This document shows positions 16,635 to 26,211 of a stretch of 38,408 nt of DNA, in pieces. Source of the stretch: Rhodospirillales bacterium. GTDB lineage: Bacteria; Pseudomonadota; Alphaproteobacteria; Rhodospirillales; JASLLV01. The stretch covers positions 1 to 38,408 of the forward strand of contig JASLLV010000003.1 in the NCBI GenBank assembly GCA_030746935.1, given 5' to 3'. A program made the position numbers and the translations under genes. Positions within the stretch are counted from its first letter, which is position 1, and each line of letters opens with the position of its first letter. Below the pieces are notes generated by a model, which saw only the letters and a program-made list of their open reading frames with translations, was not told the origin of the DNA and made no database searches.

Positions 16635-17642
16635 CTACAACGGCTTGTTCGTTTCTCCCGTCGGGTCGAAGCCCATGACCGGGTGGGCCTCGTAGGGTTC
16701 TTCGAGAAAGCCGAGCTCGTCGTCGTCCAACTCGATTTCGGTGGCCTTGGCGGCATCGGTGATGTGGCGCGTCTTGGTGGCGCCGACGATGGGCGCGGTG
16801 ACGCCTGGCTGGTGCAAGAGCCAGGCGATGGCCACCTGGGCGGGCGCGACGCCGCGGCGCTTGGCGAGCTCGACCACCCGATCGATGACCCGGAAGTTGG
16901 CGTCCGAGACGTAGAGTTCGCGCATCCGCTCGTCCGTTCTTGCGCGCATCGTGGGCGCGCGGCCGCGGCGCTTGCGGGTGCCTGAGAGCATGCCGCGCCC
17001 GAGCGGGCTCCACGGAATCATCCCGATCCCTTCTTCCACGCAGTAGGGGACCATCTCGCGTTCCTCTTCGCGATAGACCAGGTTGTAGTGGTTCGACATG
17101 GACGTGAACCGGGTCCAGCCGTTCATGTCGGCGACATGGTTGAGGCGCGAGAACTGATACGCCAACATCGACGAGGCGCCGATGTAGCGGGCCTTGCCCG
17201 CCTTCACCACGTCGTGGAGCGCCTCCATGGTCTCTTCGTCCGGCGTCCGCCAGTCGTAGCGCGGGATCTGGTAGAGATCGACGTAATCGGTCTTCATCCG
17301 CTTCAGCGTCGCATCGATGGCATCGAAGATCTGCTTGCGGCTGATGCCGATGTAGTTTGGCCAGCGGCCCGAATGGTTGTGGGTGATGGTGGCGATGATC
17401 ACCTTGTCGCGGGGCACGTTCCTGAGCACGTACTTGCCGACGAGCGTCTCGCTCAAGCCGTCGGAGTAGATGTCGGAGGTGTCGAAGAAGTTGAACCCGG
17501 CGTCCAGCGCCTTCTTGAACATGGGCCGGCTTTGCTTCTCGTCCAGCACCCAGTCGTACCAGGACTTGGACCCGAAGGTCATGCAGCCCAAGGCGACGCG
17601 GCTGACTTCGAGCCCGCTGGTCCCTAGAAAGCCGTACTTCAT
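16635..17642 (-). CDS. Aldo/keto reductase family protein (catalytic Lys and His substituted)
   Basis: 'LGCMTFG', 'FDTSDIYSDG', 'GKARYIGAS', 'PWSPLGRG', 'PIVGAT'. ATG at 17642 with a GGGGGGAA SD. Confidence 0.9.
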   Translation of the reverse strand: MKYGFLGTSGLEVSRVALGCMTFGSKSWYDWVLDEKQSRPMFKKALDAGFNFFDTSDIYSDGLSETLVGKYVLRNVPRDKVIIATITHNHSGRWPNYIGISRKQIFDAIDATLKRMKTDYVDLYQIPRYDWRTPDEETMEALHDVVKAGKARYIGASSMLAYQFSRLNHVADMNGWTRFTSMSNHYNLVYREEEREMVPYCVEEGIGMIPWSPLGRGMLSGTRKRRGRAPTMRARTDERMRELYVSDANFRVIDRVVELAKRRGVAPAQVAIAWLLHQPGVTAPIVGATKTRHITDAAKATEIELDDDELGFLEEPYEAHPVMGFDPTGETNKPL

Positions 17643-17700
17643 GGCGATTCCCCCGCTCTGGATTTGTACGCGGTAGGCCCGCGCCTCGCGCCCCGCCATC

Positions 17701-17841
17701 CTAAAGCGGATCGCCCTCGATTGAAACCGCGGTGCGGCCCCGGTTGGCTGCGTGAATCCACTCTATTTCAATAAGATAGACCCGATTCACGTGGTCCGCG
17801 GATCGCTGAAATTCGAAACCGAGCGACCGCGATCCGGCCAA
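17701..17841. repeat. Palindromic intergenic element, copy 2 (longer, degenerate right end)
   Basis: Starts CTAAAGCGGATCGC like 2499. Internal palindrome CGTGAATC..TCTAT-ttcaataag-ATAGA..GATTCACG. Right end CGCGATCCG. Confidence 0.65.
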
Positions 17842-17859
17842 ACGTCGGCGCTCGCCGGT

Positions 17860-18435
17860 CTAATCCGGCGGGACGCCGGTCCAGTCGGTGACGAAATCCG
17901 CGGGATCGACGCGCCAGTCGTCGGGTGAATGCGCCTCGGGCGTCCCCACGTATTGGATGGCGACGATGTGGTCGTGCGCATCCAAGCCGGGCGCCCGTTT
18001 CACGGCAACATCGTAAGCCATGGCGCCGGTCCGCCACATGGTCCCGAATCCCTTGGCGTGGAATACGATCCCGAGGTTGTGCGCCGCCGCGGCCGCCGAC
18101 ATCACCTGCTCGATCTCGGGGATCTTGGGATGATCGGGCTGAACCTTGGCGGCGACCACGATCAGCAGCGGCGCGCGGAACGGTTTTTGCCGCTCTCGGG
18201 TGAGCACTGATGCGGGCACGTGGGGCTCGCGGGCAGCCAGCGCCTGCGCCATCACCTCGCCCAAGGCGTGCCGCGCGTCGCCGCGGATGGTGATGAACTC
18301 CCAGGGGCGAAGCAGCCCGTGGTCGGGGGCGCGTGCGGCGGCACGGAACGCGTCCGCGACGTCGGCGTCCGACGGCGCCGGCTCGCCGAGCCTCACCGCC
18401 GATGCGCGCGTGATCAGTGCTTCCAGTGCGCCCAT
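17860..18435 (-). CDS. Nitroreductase family protein (YdjA-like)
   Basis: 'LITRAS', 'RAPDHGLLRPWEF', 'RAPLLIVV', 'GFGTMWRTG'. Confidence 0.9.
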   Translation of the reverse strand: MGALEALITRASAVRLGEPAPSDADVADAFRAAARAPDHGLLRPWEFITIRGDARHALGEVMAQALAAREPHVPASVLTRERQKPFRAPLLIVVAAKVQPDHPKIPEIEQVMSAAAAAHNLGIVFHAKGFGTMWRTGAMAYDVAVKRAPGLDAHDHIVAIQYVGTPEAHSPDDWRVDPADFVTDWTGVPPD

Positions 18436-18546
18436 CCGGGGCCTCCCTCCCTGAGCGGATTCACGTCGGCGATCGCCGAGGCCAGTTTTCCCGACTCCGG
18501 CCCCGATCTCAAGCTCGCGATCGGCGGATCCGGAAGATTTTCCCCC

Positions 18547-19005
18547 TCACGCGTAGTGCAGCGGCAGGGCGGTCGAGTACTTGATTTCCTCCATGGCGAA
18601 GCTCGAACTCACGTCCGACAGGCTGACCTTCTCAATCAGGCCCTTGTAGAACGCGTCGTAGGCGGCGATGTCGGGGACCACGACCCGCAGCATATAGTCG
18701 ATCTCGCCGCTCATCCGATAGAACTCCACCACTTCGGGAAATTCGGCGACGGCGGCCGCGAAGGCTTCGAGCCAGGCGTAGTTGTGCTCGGACGTCTTGA
18801 CGGCGACGAAGACGGTGACACCCACGTTCAACGCGGCGGCGTCGAGAATCGCCACGCGGCCGCGGATCACCCCCGATGCTTCCAGCTTCTGGATACGCCG
18901 CCAGCAAGGCGTCGACGTGAGACCGACCCTGCCGGCGATCTCGGCGAGTGGCATGGTCGCGTCGTCCTGGAGACAAGCGAGGATAGTCCTGTCGATTTCG
19001 TCCAT
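18547..19005 (-). CDS. Lrp/AsnC family transcriptional regulator (DecR/CyuR-like)
   Basis: 'MDEIDRTILACLQ', 'VGLTSTPCWRRIQKLE', 'EFYRMSGEIDYML', 'SSFAMEEIKYSTALP'. Confidence 0.92.
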   Translation of the reverse strand: MDEIDRTILACLQDDATMPLAEIAGRVGLTSTPCWRRIQKLEASGVIRGRVAILDAAALNVGVTVFVAVKTSEHNYAWLEAFAAAVAEFPEVVEFYRMSGEIDYMLRVVVPDIAAYDAFYKGLIEKVSLSDVSSSFAMEEIKYSTALPLHYA

Positions 19006-19038
19006 GGCAGGCTCCTCCGGAAAGGACAATCTCCGCCC

Positions 19039-19125
19039 TAGAAATAATTTGCGCAATTAACGGCGATCATGGGATCAAGTTACAAAAAATAGACGAAATA
19101 AACAAAAATGCAAAAAAATTTTCTA
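19039..19125. promoter_or_regulatory. AT-rich divergent promoter region with an inverted pair of Lrp-like sites
   Basis: TAGAAATAATTTGCGC (19039-19054) and, on the minus strand, TAGAAAATTTTTTTGC (19110-19125), with A-tracts between them. Confidence 0.5.
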
Positions 19126-19183
19126 ATATTCCTCTTGCGCGCTCGCGTCCCACGCGCGAAGCTCGAGCAACGGAGGAGCGCCG

Positions 19184-20599
19184 TTGCGATATTTTCCCGC
19201 CTTTCTCGATCTCGCCGGACGCCACTGCCTCGTAGTCGGGGCGGGCGCGGTCGCGACACCGAAGGTGCGGCTGTTGTTGGACGCGGGCGCCCTCGTCACG
19301 GTGGTCGCGCCGGCCGCGAACGCGGCGGTCCGCATGCTCGCCCAGCGCGGCGATATCACCTGGCGCCGGCGGCGCTTTCGCGGCTCGGACGTGGCGGGCC
19401 GTTCGCTGATCTACGGAACCAGCGGGGATGCGGGTGTAGATGAGTCCGTATCCCACGCCGCGCGGTGCGCCGGCGTTCCGGTGTGCGTGGTGGACCGGCC
19501 CGCGCTCTCGAGCTTCGTCACGCCGGCGATCATCGACCGGGACCCGATCATCGTCGGGGTTTCCAGCGGCGGCACGGCGCCCGCACTCGCGCGCCGCATC
19601 CGGGCCGCAGTCGAGGCCACCCTTCCCCCCCGGATCGGCGTGCTCGCGCGGTTCGCGGACCGATTCCGCTCGGTGGTCCGGACGGCACGGCCCGAAGCGG
19701 TGGCGCGCCGGCGGTTCTGGGATGAGGTGTTCGACGGTCCGATCGCGACCCGGGTCTTGAACGGTGACGACGACGGCGCATTCAAGGCGATGCTGGCGGC
19801 GGTCAACCGGCGGTCGGGTGCGGATCGCCCGCCCGGCTCCGTCGCGATCGTCGGCGCCGGCCCCGGCGCCGCCGATCTCATCACGCTGCGCGCGCTCAGG
19901 CTCCTGCAAAGCGCGGACGTTGTGATCCACGACCGACTGGTGGGCGCGGACGTCCTCGGATACGCCCGTCGCGACGCCGAGAGGCTGTGCGTCGGCAAGG
20001 CGCGCGGCGGACGCGGATGGTCCCAGGACGCCATTAACGAACGCCTGGCGGCCCTCGCCGGCGAGGGCAAGCGGGTGGTGCGCCTCAAGGGCGGCGATCC
20101 CCTCGTCTTCGGGCGCGGTGGCGAGGAGGCAGAGTATCTGCGCCAGCGCGGCATCGCGGTCGAGCTGATCCCGGGAATCACGGCCGCCGCGGGTTGTGCC
20201 GCCGCCGCCGGCATCCCGCTGACGCACAGGGGCACAGCCCGGTCCGTAACTTTTGCCACCGGCGAGACTGCGGACGGCGATCCGACGCCCGACTGGGCCG
20301 ACCTCGCGCGCCCCGGACGGACGCTCGTGGTCTACATGGGCGTCGCCAACGCCGACGCCATCGCCAAGCGGCTTCTAGAGAACGGGGCGGAGCCGGCAAC
20401 GCCGGTGGCGGTCGTCGAAAACGGAACCCGGCCCGAACAGCGCGTCGTCACCGGGCGGCTCGATGACCTGGGCCGGCTCGTGCACGAACACGCCGTGGCG
20501 GCGCCGGCGCTGATCATCGTCGGCGAGGTTGTCCGCCTCCGCGCCGCGGCGGCGGACAGGGACGAGTCGGAAGCGAATGCGCTGAGGCTCGCCATATGA
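19184..20599 (+). CDS. cysG: Siroheme synthase (multifunctional)
   Basis: 'YFPAFLDL..CLVVGAG', 'IIDRDPIIVGVSSGG', 'VGAGPG..LITLRA', 'RLKGGDPLVFGRGGEE'. TTG start after GGAGG. Confidence 0.95.
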   Translation: MRYFPAFLDLAGRHCLVVGAGAVATPKVRLLLDAGALVTVVAPAANAAVRMLAQRGDITWRRRRFRGSDVAGRSLIYGTSGDAGVDESVSHAARCAGVPVCVVDRPALSSFVTPAIIDRDPIIVGVSSGGTAPALARRIRAAVEATLPPRIGVLARFADRFRSVVRTARPEAVARRRFWDEVFDGPIATRVLNGDDDGAFKAMLAAVNRRSGADRPPGSVAIVGAGPGAADLITLRALRLLQSADVVIHDRLVGADVLGYARRDAERLCVGKARGGRGWSQDAINERLAALAGEGKRVVRLKGGDPLVFGRGGEEAEYLRQRGIAVELIPGITAAAGCAAAAGIPLTHRGTARSVTFATGETADGDPTPDWADLARPGRTLVVYMGVANADAIAKRLLENGAEPATPVAVVENGTRPEQRVVTGRLDDLGRLVHEHAVAAPALIIVGEVVRLRAAAADRDESEANALRLAI

Positions 20600-20946
20600 A
20601 ACGCGAATCCGCGAACGGGGCGAAGAACGAGGCGAGAGGCGGAAAAGTCATGACCGCCAACCGGCTCCGCGACGGCGCCGTGGTTTACCTCGCGAACGGC
20701 GGAGCGTGGTCAGAACGCATCACCGATGCGCTGATCGCCGCTACCGATGCGGAAGTACGGGCGCTCGAAGACCGCGCGGCGGCGGACGAGCGCGCCCTTC
20801 TCGTCGTCGAGACCTACCTGTTCGACGTTGACCCGAAGCCCGACGGCCCGGCCCCTTTGAGCCAACGCGAGCGCATTCGCGCCGCTGGGCCCACGGTCGG
20901 CACCGATTTCGGACCGCCGCCGCCGGCGTCCCGCTTGACGGAGTAG
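20596..20946 (+). CDS. DUF2849 domain protein
   Basis: 'TANRLRDGAVVYL' and 'RERIRAAGPT'; usual position between cysG and cysI. Confidence 0.88.
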   Translation: MKRESANGAKNEARGGKVMTANRLRDGAVVYLANGGAWSERITDALIAATDAEVRALEDRAAADERALLVVETYLFDVDPKPDGPAPLSQRERIRAAGPTVGTDFGPPPPASRLTE

Positions 20947-20950
20947 ATCC

Positions 20951-22612
20951 ATGTACATCTACGACCAGCGCGATCACGCGATGCTCGCCCAGCGGACCGC
21001 GCAGTTTCGCGGTCAAGTGGCGCGGCGCCTGAACGGGGCGCTCAGCGAAGCCGAGTTCCGGCCGCTCAGGCTGTTGAACGGGCTCTATCTACAGCTTCAC
21101 GCCTACATGCTGCGGGTCGCAATCCCCTACGGCACGCTATCGGCGCGTCAGATGCGCGGGCTTGCGGCCGTGGCGCGCTCCTACGACAAGGGGTACGGCC
21201 ACTTCACGACACGGCAAAACATCCAGTTCAACTGGCCCAAGCTCGACGATGTTCCGCGCATCCTCGAAGACCTCGCCGGCGTCGAGATGCACGCCATCCA
21301 GACCAGCGGCAACAGCATCCGCAACGTGACCGCCGACGCCTACGCGGGCGTCGCCGCCGACGAGATCGAGGATCCCAGGATTTACGCGGAAATCATCCGC
21401 CAATGGTCGACGCTGCACCCAGAGTTCACGTTCCTGCCGCGCAAGTTCAAGATCGCGGTAACCGGCGCGCCACGCGACCGGGCCGCGGTGCGCGTCCACG
21501 ACATCGGGCTGCAAATCCGAACCAACGAGGCGGGCGAAGTGGGATTCGCCGTGATCGTCGGCGGCGGATTGGGGCGCACGCCGATCGTAGGCCCCCTCAT
21601 CCGCGAGTTCCTGCCGAAACGGGATCTGCTCTCGTATCTCGAGGCGATCCTGCGCGTCTACAACCAGCTTGGCCGCCGCGACAATATGTTCAAGGCGCGG
21701 ATTAAGATACTCGTTCAAAGCGTTGGTAAAGAACAATTTACGGAAATGGTCGAAGACGAATGGCGGCGCATCGCCGGCGGCACCCTCGACCTCGAGGCGG
21801 ACGAGATCGCCCGGATCGCCGCGAGTTTCGCGCCGCCGCCCTACGACCGCCTGGAGCCTGTCGATCTCGCCTTCGAGTTCAAGCTTGCCGCCGACCCTCG
21901 CTTCGCCCAGTGGTGCCGCACCTCTCTTGCGGCCCATCGTCAACCCGGTTACGCCATCGTCGACGTCTCGCTCAAGCCTGCGGACGGGGTGCCCGGCGAC
22001 GTCACGGCCGCGCAGATGGAAGCGCTGGCCGATCTGGCCGAACGCTTCAGTTCCTCGGAAATCCGGGCGACCCACTGGCAGAACCTGGTGCTTCCGCACG
22101 TTCGGCTATCGGACGTCCATGCGGTTTGGCTGGCGCTCGCGGCGCTCGGTCTCGCGACCCCGAACATCGGCCTCGCCAGCGACGTCATCGCGTGCCCGGG
22201 CCTCGATTACTGCAACCTCGCGAACGCCCGGTCTATTCCCGTCGCCCAAGCGATCTCGCGCCGCTTCGCCGACATCAAGCGGCTCCATGACATCGGCGAT
22301 CTTCGGATCAACATCTCAGGCTGCATCAATGCCTGCGGCCATCACCACGTCGGCAACATCGGCCTCCTCGGCGTCGACAAGAAGGGCGAGGAATACTACC
22401 AGCTCACGCTCGGCGGCAGCGACGACGAGAACGCCGCCCTTGGCGAGCTTGTCGGCCCGGCGTTTCCCTACGACGAGATCGTCGACGCCGTCGAGACAAT
22501 CGTGAACACGTACATGGATCGGCGCGAGCCCGGCGAGCAGTTCCTCGCGACCTACCGCCGCGTGGGCCTCGGACCCTTCAAGGAGAGACTTTATGGCGCT
22601 CATCAAGGATAA
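20951..22612 (+). CDS. cysI: Siroheme/[4Fe-4S] sulfite reductase hemoprotein
   Basis: 'GLYLQLHAYMLRVAIPYG', 'HFTTRQNIQ', 'LPRKFKIA', 'CPGLDYC' and 'GCINACGHH' cluster ligands. Confidence 0.92.
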   Translation: MYIYDQRDHAMLAQRTAQFRGQVARRLNGALSEAEFRPLRLLNGLYLQLHAYMLRVAIPYGTLSARQMRGLAAVARSYDKGYGHFTTRQNIQFNWPKLDDVPRILEDLAGVEMHAIQTSGNSIRNVTADAYAGVAADEIEDPRIYAEIIRQWSTLHPEFTFLPRKFKIAVTGAPRDRAAVRVHDIGLQIRTNEAGEVGFAVIVGGGLGRTPIVGPLIREFLPKRDLLSYLEAILRVYNQLGRRDNMFKARIKILVQSVGKEQFTEMVEDEWRRIAGGTLDLEADEIARIAASFAPPPYDRLEPVDLAFEFKLAADPRFAQWCRTSLAAHRQPGYAIVDVSLKPADGVPGDVTAAQMEALADLAERFSSSEIRATHWQNLVLPHVRLSDVHAVWLALAALGLATPNIGLASDVIACPGLDYCNLANARSIPVAQAISRRFADIKRLHDIGDLRINISGCINACGHHHVGNIGLLGVDKKGEEYYQLTLGGSDDENAALGELVGPAFPYDEIVDAVETIVNTYMDRREPGEQFLATYRRVGLGPFKERLYGAHQG

Positions 22613-23108
22613 CGCGCTTCGCCCCGACCCCTGGGTCTTTGTCGCGGACGAGGCGGAGCTTCCCGAAAGCGATCCGGCCATCGTATCGTTCGAGCGCTGG
22701 CAGCGCGATCGCGCCCGGCTCGGCGTGCGCAACGGCCCGCTGGGCTTGCGGCTCAGAAGCGACCAGCCGCCCGAAGGCATCGCCGACGATCTTGCCGCCT
22801 TCGATCTGATCGCGCTCGAGTTTCCCAAGTTCACCGACGGGCGCGCCTATTCGTACGCCCGGCTTTTGCGCGAACGGTACGGCTTCGAGGGCGAGCTCCG
22901 GGCCGTCGGCAACGTCTTGCGCGATCAGCTATTTTTTATGCAACGCTGCGGCTTCGATACCTTCGAGGTCGCCGACGACGTCGACATCGGCGCTTGGCTC
23001 GAGGCTTTCGTCGAGATCGACGTCATCTATCAGCCGGCCGACGACGACCGGCGCCCGTTCAGGACGTTACGGACCGACGCGGCCGGGCCGACCGCCGAGC
23101 GTCGCTGA
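22593..23108 (+). CDS. DUF934 domain protein
   Basis: 'IALEFPKFTDGRAYSYARLLRER', 'ELRAVGNVLRDQ..MQRCGFD'. Confidence 0.92.
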   Translation: MALIKDNALRPDPWVFVADEAELPESDPAIVSFERWQRDRARLGVRNGPLGLRLRSDQPPEGIADDLAAFDLIALEFPKFTDGRAYSYARLLRERYGFEGELRAVGNVLRDQLFFMQRCGFDTFEVADDVDIGAWLEAFVEIDVIYQPADDDRRPFRTLRTDAAGPTAERR

Positions 23109-23212
23109 AGCCGCTGCCGCGGCCTCTTTACCGGGGAACCCATCGCCTCGCTTGTTCCCTGGCGCCCGACGGGTCAAGATCGCGCCCCTGTTCGCGTTGG
23201 AGATCCCCGGCG

Positions 23213-24157
23213 ATGGCGACACACCACGAGATCAAATCCACGCCTGAGACCGTTCACGCCAGCGTCTTCGACGCCGCGATTCCGCCCGTGATCGGGGTCG
23301 ATTCTGGCGACACCGTCACCCTGCATTGCCTATCGGGCGGCCCCGACATCCTGCCCGATGGGGACGCGTTCGAGGTGCTGCCCGATCACTTGGAAGTCAT
23401 CCGGGCGCTCAACGTGACCAAGCCGGGCCATTTCATGACCGGACCGGTCGCGGTCAAGGGCGCCGAGCCCGGCGATATGCTCGAGGTCCGCATTCTGGAC
23501 GTCAAGCTGCGCCAGAACTGGGGCCACAACTCGATCCGGCCCTTGAGCGGCAGTTTGCCGGACGACTTCCCCATTCGCCGCTGCATGCACATCCCCTTGG
23601 ACGCCGAACGCATGGTCGCCACCATGCCCTGGGGCCTCGAGCTCCCGCTTCAGCCGTTCATGGGCGTGATGGGGGTCGCGCCGCCGCCGATCTGGGGGGC
23701 GATCTCGTCGGGGCCACCACGCGCGCACGGCGGCAACATGGACAACAAGGAACTGGTGGCCGGCACCACGCTATTTCTGCCGGTGTTCGTCGCCGGCGCC
23801 AACTTCTCGGCCGGCGACGGCCACGCCTGCCAGGGCGACGGCGAGGTCAATTCGAACGGGCTAGAAACCGCGCTCAGCGGCACCTTCACACTCATCGTCC
23901 ACAAGGGGAAGACGATCACCATGCCGCGCGCCGAGACCGACGCGCACTACATCACCATGGGGATGGACCTGGACCTGGACGACGCCGCCACGCAGGCGCT
24001 GCGCGAGATGATCGCCTTCATCGGCGAGCGATCCAACATCGCACCCGAGGACGCCTATACACTGTGCAGCCTGGCCGCGGACCTGCGCGTCACCCAGATC
24101 GTCGACGGCAACAAGGGCGTGCATGCAATGCTGCCCAAGTGGGCGCTTCGCGCCTGA
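23213..24157 (+). CDS. Acetamidase/formamidase family protein
   Basis: 'GHFMTGPVAVKGAEPGD', 'HGGNMDNKE', 'GDGHACQGDGEV', 'QIVDGNKGVH'. Confidence 0.92.
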   Translation: MATHHEIKSTPETVHASVFDAAIPPVIGVDSGDTVTLHCLSGGPDILPDGDAFEVLPDHLEVIRALNVTKPGHFMTGPVAVKGAEPGDMLEVRILDVKLRQNWGHNSIRPLSGSLPDDFPIRRCMHIPLDAERMVATMPWGLELPLQPFMGVMGVAPPPIWGAISSGPPRAHGGNMDNKELVAGTTLFLPVFVAGANFSAGDGHACQGDGEVNSNGLETALSGTFTLIVHKGKTITMPRAETDAHYITMGMDLDLDDAATQALREMIAFIGERSNIAPEDAYTLCSLAADLRVTQIVDGNKGVHAMLPKWALRA

Positions 24158-24170
24158 CGCGCGCCCTGCC

Positions 24171-26204
24171 CTATTCCACGACCGATCGATAGTCCGGGCC
24201 GAAGGCGGATTCCATGGCTTCGGCGAGCCTGGACCGGGCGGCGTCCGCGTCCCCGATCGCCGCAGCCACCGAGCCTTGGCCGGCTTCCGGCATCGTCGGA
24301 ATCACCTGCTCGAAGATCCACGTGCGCCGGGCGAGGCGAACCGAGCGCGGCAGCTTATACAGGTTGCGGTTAAAGACGCGCATGGTCTCGTCGTCGAATA
24401 CCGCCTCCCAAGCCTCGCGTTCGGGGCCCACGTCGAAGTCGCGGCGAACGTTGGGCGACGGGTGCTCGGACCGGGCGCGTTTCGTGGCCGCCCGATCGAC
24501 GCGGCCGGCGGCAATCGCGACGCCGTAATCGCGAAGCGCGCCTTCCTCGGTGACGAAGCCCAGGCGGACGTCGCGAAGGACGCTCTCGGGATCGCGCTTC
24601 AAGGGATCGCCCATGCCGCTGCCGCCCGGCATCATCACCGTGACCCGCTCGCCCGCCGCGAGTTCGAGCCGGTCGAATCGCGACAGCTCGGTCTCGCCCG
24701 CAAGGCCCCGGTTGCGGATCACGCGGAACGGCGCAGCCGGACGCGCGCCGAAGACCCCCCAGCCCTGGAATCGTTGGCGGTCGATCCCCTGGATGATCAG
24801 GGTGCCGCCGACGCGACGCGCCTCGAAGGTGATCATCTGCCCGACGCCCCCGCGCCACTCTCCGGGTCCTCCGGAATCGCCGCGCACCTCGTACTCGTTC
24901 ACCGCGATGCCGGACAACGACTCGACGGTTTCCAGGCGTTGATTCTTGATGTTCACGTACGAGGCGTCGCGGCCGTCGACCCCGTCGCTGCCGCTGTACG
25001 CCCCCATGCCGCCGCGCATGGACTGGACTACGGTGATCCGGCTTCGGTTGCGCCCGTCCGGGTCGGGCTCGGAATAGACGATTTCCAGGCTGGCGCCGCC
25101 GGCGGGCGCCGCCATCCGATCAGGCGCCGCCTGCAAAAGGACGCCGTTCATCACGTCGTTCAAGCGCCGGATGGTGTCGAGGCGCGAGCCGATGGCGTTC
25201 GGGAACTCGGCGTTCATCGCGTGTCCGGGCGGGTTGATCGCGGCGATGGGACGGAAGATCCCGGCGTTGAACGGGATGGTCTTGTCGTGGGTGCAGATGA
25301 AGGTGACCAGGCGTCGGGTGAAGCCCGCGCACATCCGCCCCATGGAGGGGTAGTTGAGGGCGCCGGGCACCTGTGGGTCGGTGTCGCTCAAATCGATGGT
25401 GACCGCGCCGTCGCGAAACGTGACCGCGAGTCGGATGCGGTACGGGTAAGGCGTGATCATGTCGTCGTCGACGAAGTCCCAGAACTCGTAAACCCCTTCA
25501 GGCACACCTCTGAGCACGGCCCGGGTCTTCTCCTCGGCGTATGCGAGTAGCACTTCCTGGCAGTCGATGAAGGCGTCGGCACCGTGGCGCGCGATCATGC
25601 GCTGGGCGCGCCTGGCCCCGGTCTCGAGCGCAGCGAGCAGCGCCTTGAAGTCGCCGAGGTTGAGTTCGGGCGAACGGCTGTTGGCGACGAATAGCGCGAG
25701 CCAGTCGGCATTGACCTCGCCGCCACGCACTATCTTGAGCGGCGGCACCCGCATGCCCTCCTGGAAGATGTCGGTGTTGGTGGGCGAAACGCTTCCCGGC
25801 ACCCGGCCACCCACGTCGTTGAAGTGGCAAAAACACCAGCCGTAAGCGACCACGCGGCCTTCGTGGAAATAGGGACGCACCAGGTGATAGTCGGGAAGAT
25901 GGGTGGAAAGCCCGTCCGAGGTGTAGGCGTCGTTGGTGCCGATGACGTCGCCGGGTTCGAGATCCGGAAACGCCTCGATCACGCCGCGCAACGGGTAATA
26001 GATCGTGGACACGCCGGCGACGGTAGAATCGCTGGGCCAAGCGAAGATGTTGCCGGCAAGATCGGCGACGCCGACCCCGAAGTCGCCCCCTTCCTTGACG
26101 AAGGCCGAACGCGCGGTGCGTTTCAGCGTCAGCGCCATCTCGTCGGCGATCCCCGAGACCTTGCGGCTGAGGATCTCCAAAAGGGCGGGATTGATCGCGG
26201 TCAT
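24171..26204 (-). CDS. Hydantoinase B / oxoprolinase family protein
   Basis: 'LKRTARSAFVKEGGDF', 'NDAY..THLPD', 'HFNDVGG..PGS', 'QEGMRVPP', 'DSGGPGEWRGG', 'PGGSGMGDP'. Confidence 0.92.
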   Translation of the reverse strand: MTAINPALLEILSRKVSGIADEMALTLKRTARSAFVKEGGDFGVGVADLAGNIFAWPSDSTVAGVSTIYYPLRGVIEAFPDLEPGDVIGTNDAYTSDGLSTHLPDYHLVRPYFHEGRVVAYGWCFCHFNDVGGRVPGSVSPTNTDIFQEGMRVPPLKIVRGGEVNADWLALFVANSRSPELNLGDFKALLAALETGARRAQRMIARHGADAFIDCQEVLLAYAEEKTRAVLRGVPEGVYEFWDFVDDDMITPYPYRIRLAVTFRDGAVTIDLSDTDPQVPGALNYPSMGRMCAGFTRRLVTFICTHDKTIPFNAGIFRPIAAINPPGHAMNAEFPNAIGSRLDTIRRLNDVMNGVLLQAAPDRMAAPAGGASLEIVYSEPDPDGRNRSRITVVQSMRGGMGAYSGSDGVDGRDASYVNIKNQRLETVESLSGIAVNEYEVRGDSGGPGEWRGGVGQMITFEARRVGGTLIIQGIDRQRFQGWGVFGARPAAPFRVIRNRGLAGETELSRFDRLELAAGERVTVMMPGGSGMGDPLKRDPESVLRDVRLGFVTEEGALRDYGVAIAAGRVDRAATKRARSEHPSPNVRRDFDVGPEREAWEAVFDDETMRVFNRNLYKLPRSVRLARRTWIFEQVIPTMPEAGQGSVAAAIGDADAARSRLAEAMESAFGPDYRSVVE

Positions 26205-26211
26205 GGCTCCC

